The position numbers and the translations under genes are program-made. The notes under the pieces were generated by a model. That model was not told the origin of the DNA, did not search any database, and worked only from the letters and a program-made list of their open reading frames with translations. Below, in pieces: positions 8,626 through 21,900 of a DNA stretch of 64,000 nt. Position 1 is the first letter of the stretch, and each line of letters begins with the position of its first letter. Source of the DNA: Eledone cirrhosa (taxonomy: Eukaryota); contig OZ024744.1 of assembly GCA_964016885.1 (NCBI GenBank), forward strand, positions 123,814,001 to 123,878,000, read 5' to 3'.

Positions 8626-9670
8626 GTTGTTGTTGGTGGTGGTCTTCTTTTTCTTCTTTTTCTTCTTATTATTATTTTTCTTTTCTTCTTTTTCTTTTCC
8701 CACTTATTCCCGAGAGGGTCGTGGAGCCAGACTCCTCAAACACTTCTTCCAGCAGGTCCTGTCAGAAGCAACAGTCTCCAAATGATCCAGCTGGATCTCT
8801 AAGTGAGACCAGCCAAGTGTCTACTTCTGGGTTTCCTACCAGTTGGTTTTGCCTGTAAAATCTGTCCAGAGATTCTTTCCTGAGACATTCTAACCACATG
8901 TCATAGTATCAGAGCTATGATATCTCAATTCAGAGATTCTTTCCTGAGACATTCTAACCACATGTCATAGTATCAGTGCTATGATCTCTCGATTCAGAGA
9001 TACTTTCCTGAGACATTCTAACCACATGTCATAGTATCAGAGCTGTGATCTCTCGATTCAGAGATTCTTTCCTGAGACATTCTAACCACATGTCATAGTA
9101 TCAGAGCTGTGATCTCTCAATTTAGAGATTCTTTCCTGAGACATTCTAACCACATGTCATAGTATCAGAGCTGTGATCTCTCAATTTAGAGATTCTTTCC
9201 TGAGACATTCTAACCACATGTCATAGTATCAGAGCTGTGATCTCTCAATTTAGAAATTCTTTCCTGAGACATTCTAACCACATGTCATAGTATCAGAGCT
9301 ATGATATCTCAATTCAGAGATTCTTTCCTGAGACCTTCTAACCACATGTCATAGTATCAGAGCTATGATCTCTCGATTCAGAGATTCTTTCCTGAGACAT
9401 TCTAACCACATGTCATAGTATCAGAGCTATGATCTCTCGATTCAGAGATTCTTTCCTGAGACATTCTAACCACATGTCATAGTATCAGAGCTGTGATCTC
9501 TCAATTCAGAGATTCTTTCCTGAGACATTCTAACCACATGTCCATAGTATCAGAGCTGTGATCTCCCAATTCAGAGATTCTTTCCTGAGACATTCTAACC
9601 ACATGTCCATAGTATCAGAGCTGTGATCTCCCAATTCAGAGAAGTAGCAGCTCCACCTAGAGTGATTCTC
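8626..9670 (-). mobile_element. Decayed 3' fragment of an RTE-clade (Rex3/Expander-like) LINE with an (AAG/AAT/AAC)n tail
   Basis: The minus strand reads ESL*VELLLL*IGRSQL*YYGHVVRMSQERIS…GQILQAKPTGRKPRSR…WSHLEIQLDHLETVASDRTCWKKCLRSLAPRPSRE* (stop 8706-8704), an RTE-type C-terminus. Simple-repeat tail at 8626-8698. Confidence 0.8.
8867..9641. repeat. 64-bp minisatellite, about 12 copies, inside the RTE fragment
   Basis: Unit cagagattctttcctgagacattctaaccacatgtcatagtatcagagct(a/g)tgatctctc(a/g)att starts at 8867, 8931, 8995, 9059 and onward. The last two units are 65 bp. Confidence 0.95.
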
Positions 9671-9685
9671 AAACAACAAACCTCA

Positions 9686-9995
9686 TTCTGGTTCTATGAT
9701 ACAAAGCAGTATATGTTAAAGTGTTTATATTTATTGAAAAACTTTCCATCATAATTTTATGTAAGAACCTTTGTTAAGTTGTTCCAAACACCCCTGGTTC
9801 TATCATATAAAATTGTTTATGTTAAAATGTTTGTATTTAAATTTAAACTATGTCTAATTATTTTGGTATGTTCTAGACTCCAATTTACAAATGACAAAGT
9901 TAGTTATATTAAATCCCTCCAAATTCTTGATTAATTTCAAAATTATTTGAAAAACATAGTGTCTTTCATTTGAAATATGGTAAGGAAAAGGTTAA
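9686..9995. mobile_element. AT-rich DNA-transposon/MITE remnant with an internal duplication, running into the satellite
   Basis: ctggttctatgatacaaa (9688) recurs as ctggttctatcatataaa (9794). It ends gtgtctttcatttgaaatatggtaaggaaaagg-TTAA and resembles a recalled octopus repeat ending gaaatatggtaacgaaagggttaa. Confidence 0.55.
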
Positions 9996-12900
9996 TGACA
10001 TAGACAGTGTCTTTAATTAGAAATATGGTAATGAAAGGGTTAATGACATAGACGGTGTCTTTCATTAGATATATGGTAATGAAAGGGTTAATGACATAGG
10101 CAGTGTCTTTCATTAGAAATATGGTAATGAAAGGGTTAATGACATAGACAGTGTCTTTCATTAGAAATATGGTAATGAAAGGGTTAATGACATAGACAGT
10201 GTCTTTCATTAGAAATATGGTAATGGAATGGTTAAATATGGTAATGGAATGGTTACATTAGAAATATGGTAATGAAAGGGTTAATGTCATAGACAGTGTC
10301 TTTCATAAGAAATATGGTAATGAAAGGGTTAATGACATAGACAGTGTCTTTCATTAGAAATATGGTAATGAAAGGGTCAATGACATAGACACTGTCTTTC
10401 ATTAGAAATATGGTAAATGAAGGTGATAATGACATAGTGTCTTTCATTAGAAATATGGTAATGAAAGGGTTAAAGACATAGACAGTGTCTTTCATTAGAA
10501 ATATGGTAATGTAAGGGTTAATGACATAGACAGTGTCTTTCATTAGAAATATGGTAATTAAAGGGTTAATGACATAGACAGTGTCTTTCATTAGAAATAT
10601 GGTAATGAAAGGGCTAATGACATAAACAGTGTCTTTCGTTAGAAATATGGTAATGAAAGGGTTAATGACATAGTGTTTTTGATTAGAAATATGGTAATGA
10701 AAGGGTTAATGACATAGACAGTGTCTTTCATTAGAAATATGGTAATGGAATGGTTAAATATGGTAATGGAATGGTTACATTAGAAATATGGTAATGAAAG
10801 GGTTAATGTCATAGACAGTGTCTTTCATAAGAAATATGGTAATGAAAGGGTTAATGACATAGACAGTGTCTTTCATTAGAAATATGGTAATGAAAGTGTT
10901 AATGACATAGACACTGTCTTTCATTAGAAATATGGTAAATGAAAGGGTTAATGACATAGTGTCTTTCATTAGAAATATGGTAATGTAAGGGTTAATGACA
11001 TAGACAGTGTCTTTCATTAGAAATATGGTAATTAAAGGGTTAATGACATAGACAGTGTCTTTCATTAGAAATATGGTAATGAAAGGGTTAATGACTTAGA
11101 CAGTCTTTCATTAGAAATATGGTAATGAAAAGGTTAATGACATAGTGTTTTTCATTAGAACATGGTAATGAAAGGGCTAATGACATAAACAGTGTCTTTC
11201 GTTAGAAATGTGGTAATGAAAGGGTTAATGACTTAGACAGTCTTTCATTAGAAATATGGTAATGAAAGGGTTAATGACATAGACAGTGTCTTTCATTAGA
11301 AATATGGTAATGAAAGGGTTAATGACTTAGACAGTCTTTCATTAGATATATGGTAATGAAAGGGTTAATGACATAGTGTCTTTCATTAGAAATATGGTAA
11401 TGAAAGGCTTAATGACATAGACAGTGTCTTTCATTAGAAATATGGTAATGAAAGGGTTAGTGACATAGGCAGTCTCTTTCATTACAAATATGGTAATGAA
11501 AGGGTTAATGACATAGACAGTGTCTTTCATTAGATATATAGTAATGAAAGGGTTAATGACATAGTCTTTCATTACAAATATGGTAATGAAAGGGTTAATG
11601 ACATAGACAGTGTCTTTCATTAGAAATATGGTAATGAAAGGGTTGACATAGACAGTGTCTTTCATTAGAAATATGGTAATGAAAGGGTTAATGACATAAA
11701 CAGTGTCTTTCATTAGATATATGGTAATGAAAGGGTTAATGACATAGTGTTTTTCATTAGAAATTTGGTAATGAAAGGGTTAATGACATAGACAGTGTCT
11801 TTCATTAGAAATATGGTAATGTAAGGGTTAATGACATAGTGTTTTTCATTAGAAATATAGTAATGAAAGGGTTAATGACATAAATAGTGTCTTTCATTAG
11901 AAATATCCTAATGAAAGGGCTAATGACATAAACAGTGTCTTTCGTTAGAAATATGTTAATGAAAGGGTTAATGACATAGTGTTTTTGATTAGAAATGTGG
12001 TAATGAAAGGGTTAATGACTTAGACAGTGTCTTTCATTAGAAATATGGTTATGGAATGGTTAAATATGGTAATGGAATGGTTACATTAGAAATATGGTAA
12101 TGAAAGGGTTAATGACATAGTGTTTTTGATTAGAAATATGGTAATGAAAGGGTTAATGACATAGACAGTGTCTTTCATTAGAAATATGGTAATGAAAGGG
12201 TTAATGACATAGTGTTTTTGATTAGAAATATGGTAATGAAAGGGTTAATGACATAGTGTTTTTGATTAGATATATAGTAATGTAAGGGTTAATGACATAG
12301 ACAGGGTCTTTCATTAGAAATATGGTAATGTAAGGATTAATGACATAGACAGGGTCTTTCATTAGAAATATGTTAATGAAAGGGTTAATGACATGGACAG
12401 TGTCTTTCATTAGAAATATGGTAATGGAATGGTTAAATATGGTAATGGAATGGTTACATTAGAATATGGTAATGAAAGGGTTAATGACATAGACAGTGTC
12501 TTTCATTAGAAATATGGTAAATGAATGGGTTAATGACATAGTGTCTTTCATTAGAAATATGGTAATGAAAGGGTTAAAGACATAGACTATCTTTCATTAG
12601 AAATATGGTAGTGAAAGGGTTAATGACATAGACAGTGTCTTTCATTAGAATATGGTAATGAAAGGGCTAATGACATAAACAGTGTCTTTCGTTAGAAATA
12701 TGGTAATGAAAGGGTTAATGACATAGTGTCTTTCATTAGAAATATGGTAATGAAACGGATAATGACATAGACAGTGTCTTTCATTAGAAATATGGTAATG
12801 AAAGGGTTAATGACATAGACAGTGTCTTTCATTAGAAATATGGTAGTGAAAGGGTTAATGACATAGACAGGGTCTTTCATTAGAAATATGGTAATGAAAG

Positions 12901-15900
12901 GTTTAATGACATAGACAGTGTCTTTCATTAGAAATATGGTAATGAAAGGGTTAATGACATAAACAGTGTCTTTCATTAGAAATATGGTAATGAAAGGGTT
13001 AATGACATAGGCAGTCTCTTTCATTACAAATATGGTAATAAAAGGGTTAATGACATAGACAGTGTCTTTCATTAGATATATGGTAATGAAAGGGTTAATG
13101 ACATAGTGTCTTTCATTAGAAATATGGTAATGAAAGTGTTAATGACATAGACAGTGTCTTTCATTAGAAATATGGTAATGGAATGGTTAAATATGATAAT
13201 GGAATGGTTACATTAGAAATATGGTAATGAAAGGGTTAATGGCATAGACAGTGTCTTTCATTAGAAATATGGTAATGAAAGGGTTAATGGCATAGACAGT
13301 GTCTTTCATTAGAAATATGGTAATGAAAGGGTTAATGACATAGTGTTTTTCATTAGAACATGGTAATGAAAGGGCTAATGACATAAACAGTTTCTTTCGT
13401 TAGAAATGTGGAAATGAAAGGGTTAATGACTTAGACAGTCTTTCATTACAAATATGGTAATGAAAGGGTTAATGACATAGACAGTGTCTTTCATTAGAAA
13501 TATGGTAATGAAAGGGTTAATGACTTAGACAGTCTTTCATTAGATATATGGTAATGAAAGGGTTAATGACATAGTGTCTTTCATTAGAAATATGGTAGTG
13601 AAAGGATTAATGACATAGACAGTGTCTTTCATTAGAAATATGGTAATGAAAGGGTTAGTGACATAGGCAGTCTCTTTCATTACAAATATGGTAATGAAAG
13701 GGTTAATGACTTAGACAGTCTTTCATTAGAAATATGGTAATGAAAAGGTTAATGACATAGTGTTTTTCATTAGAACATGGTAATGAAAGGGCTAATGACA
13801 TAAACAGTGTCTTTCGTTAGAAATGTGGTAATGAAAGGGTTAATGACTTAGACAGTCTTTCATTACAAATATGGTAATGAAAGGGTTAATGACATAGACA
13901 GTGTCTTTCATTAGAAATATGGTAATGAAAGGGTTAATGACTTAGACAGTCTTTCATTAGATATATGGTAATGAAAGGGTTAATGACATAGTGTCTTTCA
14001 TTAGAAATATGGTAATGAAAGGGTTAATGACATAGACAGTGTCTTTCATTAGAAATATGGTAATGAAAGGGTTAGTGACATAGGCAGTCTCTTTCATTAC
14101 AAATATGGTAATGAAAGGGTTAATGACATAGACAGTGTCTTTCATTAGATATATGGTAATGAAAGGGTTAATGACATAGAGTCTTTCATTAGAAATATGG
14201 TAATGAAAGGGTTAATGACATAGACAGTGTCTTTCATTAGAAATATGGTAATGAAAGGTTTAATGACATAGACAGTGTCTTTCATTAGAAATATGGTAAT
14301 TAAAGGGTTAATGACATAAACAGTGTCTTTCATTAGAAATATGGTAATGAAAGGGTTAATGACATAGGCAGTCTCTTTCATTACAAATATGGTATTAAAA
14401 GGGTTAATGACATAGACTGTGTCTTTCATTAGATATATGGTAATGAAAGGGTTAATGACATAGTGTCTTTCATTAGAAATATGGTAATGAAAGTGTTAAT
14501 GACATAGACAGTGTCTTTCATTAGAAATATGGTAATGGAATGGTTAAATATGGTAATGGAATGGTTACATTAGAAATATGGTAATGAAAGGGTTAATGGC
14601 ATAGACAGTGTCTTTCATTAGAAATATGGTAATGAAAGGGTTAATGGCATAGACAGTGTCTTTCATTAGAAATATGGTAATGAAAGGGTTAATGACATAG
14701 ACAGTGTCTTTCATTAGATATATAGTAATGAAAGGGTTAATGACATAGACAGTGTCTTTCATGAGAAATATGGTAATTAAAGGGTTAATGACATAGACAG
14801 TGTCTTTCATTTGAAATATGGTAAATGAAAGGGTTAAAGACATAGACAGTGTCTTACATTAGAAATATAGTAGTGAAAGGGTTAATCACATAGATAGTGT
14901 CTTTCATTAGAATATGGTAATGAAAGGGTTAATGACATAGACAGTGTCTTTCATTAGAAATATGGTAATGAAAGTGTTAATGACATAGACACTGTCTTTC
15001 ATTAGAAATATGGTAAATGAAAGGGCTAATGACATAAACAGTGTCTTTCGTTAGAAATATGGTAATGAAAGGGTTAATGACATAGTGTTTTTGATTAGAA
15101 ATATGGTAATGAAAGGGTTAATGACATAGACAGTGTCTTTCATTAGAAATATGGTAATGAAAGGGTTAATGACATAGTGTTTTTGATTAGAAATATGGTA
15201 ATGAAAGGGTTAATGACATAGTGTTTTTGATTAGATATATGGTAATGTAAGGGTTAATGACATAGACAGGGTCTTTCATTAGAAATATGGTAATGTAAAG
15301 ATTAATGACATAGACAGGGTCTTTCATTAGAAATATGTTAATGAAAGGGTTAATGACATGGACAGTGTCTTTCCTTAGAAATATGGTAATGGAATGGTTA
15401 AATATGGTAATGGAATGGTTACATTAGAATATGGTAATGAAAGGGTTAATGACATAGACAGTGTCTTTCATTAGAAATATGGTAAATGAAAGGGTTAATG
15501 ACATAGTGTCTTTCATTAGAAATATGGTAATGAAAGGGTTAAAGACATAGACTATCTTTCATTAGAAATATGGTAGTGAAAGGGTTAATGACATAGACAG
15601 TGTCTTTCATTAGAATATGGTAATGAAAGGGCTAATGACATAAACAGTGTCTTTCGTTAGAAATATGGTAATGAAAGGGTTAATGACATAGTGTTTTCGA
15701 TTAGAAATATGGTAATGAAACGGATAATGACATAGACAGTGTCTTTCATTAGAAATATGGTAATGAAAGGGTTAATAACATAGACAGTGTCTTTCATTAG
15801 AAATATGGTAGTGAAAGGGTTAATGACATAGACAGGGTCTTTCATTAGAAATATGGTAATGAAAGGGTTAATGACATAGACAGTGTCTTTCATTAGAAAT

Positions 15901-18900
15901 ATGGTAATGAAAGGGTTAATGACATAAACTGTGTCTTTCATTAGAAATATGGTAATGAAAGGGTTAATGACATAGGCAGTCTCTTTCATTACAAATATGG
16001 TAATAAAAGGGTTAATGACATAGACAGTGTCTTTCATTAGATATATGGTAACGAAAGGGTTAATGACATAGTGTCTTTCATTAGAAATATGGTAATGAAA
16101 GTGTTAATGACATAGACAGTGTCTTTCATTAGAAATATGGTAATGGAATGGTTAAATATGGTCATGGAATGGTTACATTAGAAATATGGTAATGAAAGGG
16201 TTAATGGCATAGACAGTGTCTTTCATTAGAAATATGGTAATGAAAGGGTTAATGGCATAGACAGTGTCTTTCATTAGAAATATGGTAATGAAAGGGTTAA
16301 TGACATAGTGTTTTTCATTAGAACATGGTAATGAAAGGGCTAATGACATAAACAGTGTCTTTCGTTAGAAATGTGGTAATGAAAGGGTTAATGACTTCGA
16401 CAGTCTTTCATTACAAATATGGTAATGAAAGGGTTAATGACATAGACAGTGTCTTTCATTAGAAATATGGTAATGAAAGGGTTAATGACTTAGACAGTCT
16501 TTCATTAGATATATGGTAATGAAAGGGTTAATGACATAGTGTCTTTCATTAGAAATATGGTAATGAAAGGGTTAATGACATAGACAGTGTCTTTCATTAG
16601 AAATATGGTAATGAAAGGGTTAGTGACATAGGCAGTCTCTTTCATTACAAATATGGTAATGAAAGGGTTAATGACATAGACAGTGTCTTTCATTAGATAT
16701 ATGGTAATGAAAGGGTTAATGACATAGTCTTTCATTAGAAATATGGTAATGAAAGGGTTAATGAAATAGACAGTGTCTTTCATTAGAAATATGGTAATGA
16801 AAGGGTTGACATAGACAGTGTCTTTCATTAGAAATATGGTAATGAAAGGGTTAATGACATAAACAGTGTCTTTCATTAGATATATGGTAATGAAAGGGTT
16901 AATGACATAGTGTTTTTCATTAGAAATATGGTAATGAAAGGGTTAATGACATAGACAGTGTCTTTCATTAGAAATATGGTAATGTAAGAGTTAATGACAT
17001 AGTGTTTTTCATTAGAAATATTGTAATGAAAGGGTTAATGACATAAATAGTGTCTTTCATTAGAAATATGCTAATGAAAGGGCTAATGACAAACAGTGTC
17101 TTTCGTTAGAAATATGTTAATGAAAGGGTTAATGACATAGTGTTTTTGATTAGAAATGTGGTAATGAAAGGGTTAATGACTTAGACAGTGTCTTTCATTA
17201 GAAATATGGTAATGAAAGTGTTAATGACATAGACACTGTCTTTCATTAGAAATATGGTAAATGAAAGGGCTAATGACATAGACAGTGTCTTTCGTTAGAA
17301 ATATGGTAATGAAAGGGTTAATGACATAGTGTTTTTGATTAGAAATATGGTAATGAAAGGGTTAATGACATAGACAGTGTCTTTCATTAGAAATATGGTA
17401 ATGAAAGGGTTAATGACATAGTGTTTTTGATTAGAAATATGGTAATGAAAGGGTTAATGACATAGTGTTTTTGATTAGATATATGGTAATGTAAGGGTTA
17501 ATGACATAGACAGGGTCTTTCATTAGAAATATGGTAATGTAAATATTAATGACATAGACAGGGTCTTTCATTAGAAATATGTTAATGAAAGGGTTAATGA
17601 CATGGACAGTGTCTTTCCTTAGAAATATGGTAATGGAATGGTTAAATATGGTAATGGAATGGTTACATTAGAATATGGTAATGAAAGGGTTAATGATATA
17701 GACAGTGTCTTTCATTAGAAATATGGTAAATGAAAGGGTTAATGACATAGTGTCTTTCATTAGAAATATGGTAATGAAAGGGTTAAAGACATAGACTATC
17801 TTTCATTAGAAATATGGTAGTGAAAGGGTTAATGACATAGACAGTGTCTTTCATTAGAATATGGTAATGAAAGGGCTAATGACATAAACAGTGTCTTTCG
17901 TTAGAAATATGGTAATGAAAGGGTTAATGACATAGTGTTTTCGATTAGAAATATGGTAATGAAACGGATAATGACATAGACAGTGTCTTTCATTAGAAAT
18001 ATGGTAATGAAAGGGTTAATAACATAGACAGTGTCTTTCATTAGAAATATGGTAGTGAAAGGGTTAATGACATAGACAGGGTCTTTCATTAGAAATATGG
18101 TAATGAAAGGGTTAATGACATAGACAGTGTCTTTCATTAGAAATATGGTAATGAAAGGGTTAATGACATAAACTGTGTCTTTCATTAGAAATATGGTAAT
18201 GAAAGGGTTAATGACATAGGCAGTCTCTTTCATTACAAATATGGTAATAAAAGGGTTAATGACATAGACAGTGTCTTTCATTAGATATATGGTAACGAAA
18301 GGGTTAATGACATAGTGTCTTTCATTAGAAATATGGTAATGAAAGTGTTAATGACATAGACAGTGTCTTTCATTAGAAATATGGTAATGGAATGGTTAAA
18401 TATGGTCATGGAATGGTTACATTAGAAATATGGTAATGAAAGGGTTAATGGCATAGACAGTGTCTTTCATTAGAAATATGGTAATGAAAGGGTTAATGGC
18501 ATAGACAGTGTCTTTCATTAGAAATATGGTAATGAAAGGGTTAATGACATAGTGTTTTTCATTAGAACATGGTAATGAAAGGGCTAATGACATAAACAGT
18601 GTCTTTCGTTAGAAATGTGGTAATGAAAGGGTTAATGACTTCGACAGTCCTTCTTTACAAATATGGTAATGAAAGGGTTAATGACATAGACAGTGTCTTT
18701 CATTAGAAATATGGTAATGAAAGGGTTAATGACTTAGACAGTCTTTCATTAGATATATGGTAATGAAAGGGTTAATGACATAGTGTCTTTCATTAGAAAT
18801 ATGGTAATGAAAGGGTTAATGACATAGACAGTGTCTTTCATTAGAAATATGGTAATGAAAGGGTTAGTGATATAGGCAGTCTCTTTCATTACAAATATGG

Positions 18901-21900
18901 TAATGAAAGGGTTAATGACATAGACAGTGTCTTTCATTAGATATATGGTAATGAAAGGGTTAATGACATAGAGTCTTTCATTAGAAATATGGTAATGAAA
19001 GGGTTAATGAAATAGACAGTGTCTTTCATTAGAAATATGGTAATGAAAGGGTTGACATAGACAGTGTCTTTCATTAGAAATATGGTAATGAAAGGGTTAA
19101 TGACATAAACAGTGTCTTTCATTAGATATATGGTAATGAAAGGGTTAATGACATAGTGTTTTTCATTAGAAATATGGTAATGAAAGGGTTAATGACATAG
19201 ACAGTGTCTTTCATTAGAAATATGGTAATGTAAGAGTTAATGACATAGTGTTTTTCATTAGAAATATTGTAATGAAAGGGTTAATGACATAAATAGTGTC
19301 TTTCATTAGAAATATGCTAATGAAAGGGCTAATGACAAACAGTGTCTTTCGTTAGAAATATGTTAATGAAAGGGTTAATGACATAGTGTTTTTGATTAGA
19401 AATGTGGTAATGAAAGGGTTAATGACTTAGACAGTGTCTTTCATTAGAAATATGGTAATGAAAGTGTTAATGACATAGACACTGTCTTTCATTAGAAATA
19501 TGGTAAATGAAAGGGCTAATGACATAAACAGTGTCTTTCGTTAGAAATATGGTAATGAAAGGGTTAATGACATAGTGTTTTTGATTAGAAATATGGTAAT
19601 GAAAGGGTTAATGACATAGACAGTGTCTTTCATTAGAAATATGGTAATGAAAGGGTTAATGACATAGTGTTTTTGATTAGAAATATGGTAATGAAAGGGT
19701 TAATGACATAGTGTTTTTGATTAGATATATGGTAATGTAAGGGTTAATGACATAGACAGGGTCTTTCATTAGAAATATGGTAATGTAAATATTAATGACA
19801 TAGACAGGGTCTTTCATTAGAAATATGTTAATGAAAGGGTTAATGACATGGACAGTGTCTTTCCTTAGAAATATGGTAATGGAATGGTTAAATATGGTAA
19901 TGGAATGGTTACATTAGAATATGGTAATGAAAGGGTTAATGATATAGACAGTGTCTTTCATTAGAAATATGGTAAATGAAAGGGTTAATGACATAGTGTC
20001 TTTCATTAGAAATATGGTAATGAAAGGGTTAAAGACATAGACTATCTTTCATTAGAAATATGGTAGTGAAAGGGTTAATGACATAGACAGTGTCTTTCAT
20101 TAGAATATGGTAATGAAAGGGCTAATGACATAAACAGTGTCTTTCGTTAGAAACATGGTAATGAAAGGGTTAATGACATAGTGTTTTCGATTAGAAATAT
20201 GGTAATGAAACGGATAATGACATAGACAGTGTCTTTCATTAGAAATATGGTAATGAAAGGGTTAATGACATAGACAGTGTCTTTCATTAGAAATATGGTA
20301 GTGAAAGGGTTAATGACATAGACAGGGTCTTTCATTAGAAATATGGTAATGAAAGGTTTAATGACATAGACAGTGTCTTTCATTAGAAATATGGTAATGA
20401 AAGGGTTAATGACATAAACAGTGTCTTTCATTAGAAATATGGTAATGAAAGGGTTAATGACATAGGCAGTCTCTTTCACTACAAATATGGTAATAAAAGG
20501 GTTAATGACATAGACAGCGTCTTTCATTAGATATATGGTAATGAAAGGGTTAATGACATAGTGTCTTTCATTAGAAATATGGTAATGAAAGTGTTAATGA
20601 GATAGACAGTGTCTTTCATTAGAAACATGGTAATGGAATGGTTAAAAATGGTCATGGAATGGTTACATTAGAAATATGGTAATGAAAGGGTTAATGGCAT
20701 AGACAGTGTCTTTCATTAGAAATATGGTAATGAAAGGGTTAATGGCATAGACAGTGTCTTTCATTAGAAATATGGTAATGAAAGGGTTAATGACATAGTG
20801 TTTTTCATTAGAACATGGTAATGAAAGGGCTAATGACATAAACAGTGTCTTTCATTTGAAATGTGGTAATGAAAGGGTTAATGACTTAGACAGTGTCTTT
20901 CATTAGAAATATGGTAATGAAAGGGTTAATGACTTAGACAGTCTTTCGTTAGATATATGGTAATGAAAGGGTTAATGACATAGTGTCTTTCATTAGAAAT
21001 ATGGTAATGAAAGGGTTAATGACATAGACAGTGTCTTTCATTAGAAATATGGTAATGAAAGGGTTAGTGACATAGGCAGTCTCTTTCATTACAAATATGG
21101 TAATGAAAGGGTTAATGACATAGACAGTGTCTTTCATTAGATATATGGTAATGAAAGGGTTAATGACATAGAGTCTTTCATTAGAAATATGGTAATGAAA
21201 GGGTTAATGAAATAGACAGTGTCTTTCATTAGAAATATGGTAATGAAAGGGTTGACATAGACAGTGTCTTTCATTAGAAATATGGTAATCGAAGGGTTAA
21301 TGACATAAACAGTGTCTTTCATTAGATATATGGTAATGAAAGGGTTAATGACATAGTGTTTTTCATTAGAAATATGGTAATGAAAGGGTTAATGACATAG
21401 ACGGTGTCTTTCATTAGAAATATGGTAATGTAAGGGTTAATGACATAGTGTTTTTCATTAGAAATATAGTAATGAAAGGGTTAATGACATAAATAGTGTC
21501 TTTCATTAGAAATATGCTAATGAAAGGGCTAATGACATAAACAGTATCTTTCGTTAGAAATATGTTAATGAAAGGGTTAATGACATAGTGTTTTTGATTA
21601 GAAATGTGGTAATGAAAGGGTTAATGACTTAGACAGTGTCTTTCATTAGAAATATGGTTATGGAATGGTTAAATATGGTAATGGAATGGTTACATTAGAA
21701 ATATGGTAATGAAAGGGTTAATGTCATAGACAGTGTCTTTCATTAGAAATATGCTAATGAAAGTGTTAATGACATAGACACTGTCTTTCATTAGAAATAT
21801 GGTAAATGAAAGGGCTAATGACATAAACAGTGTCTTTCGTTAGAAATATGGTAATGAAAGGGTTAATGACATAGTGTTTTTGATTAGAAATATGGTAATG

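Noticed and set aside
8509-8802. 97-aa + ORF and opposite Lys-rich 60-aa ORF
   Set aside because: The first is the PIK3R4 exon frame read through the gtaagt donor into simple repeats. The second is a translation of the RTE tail.
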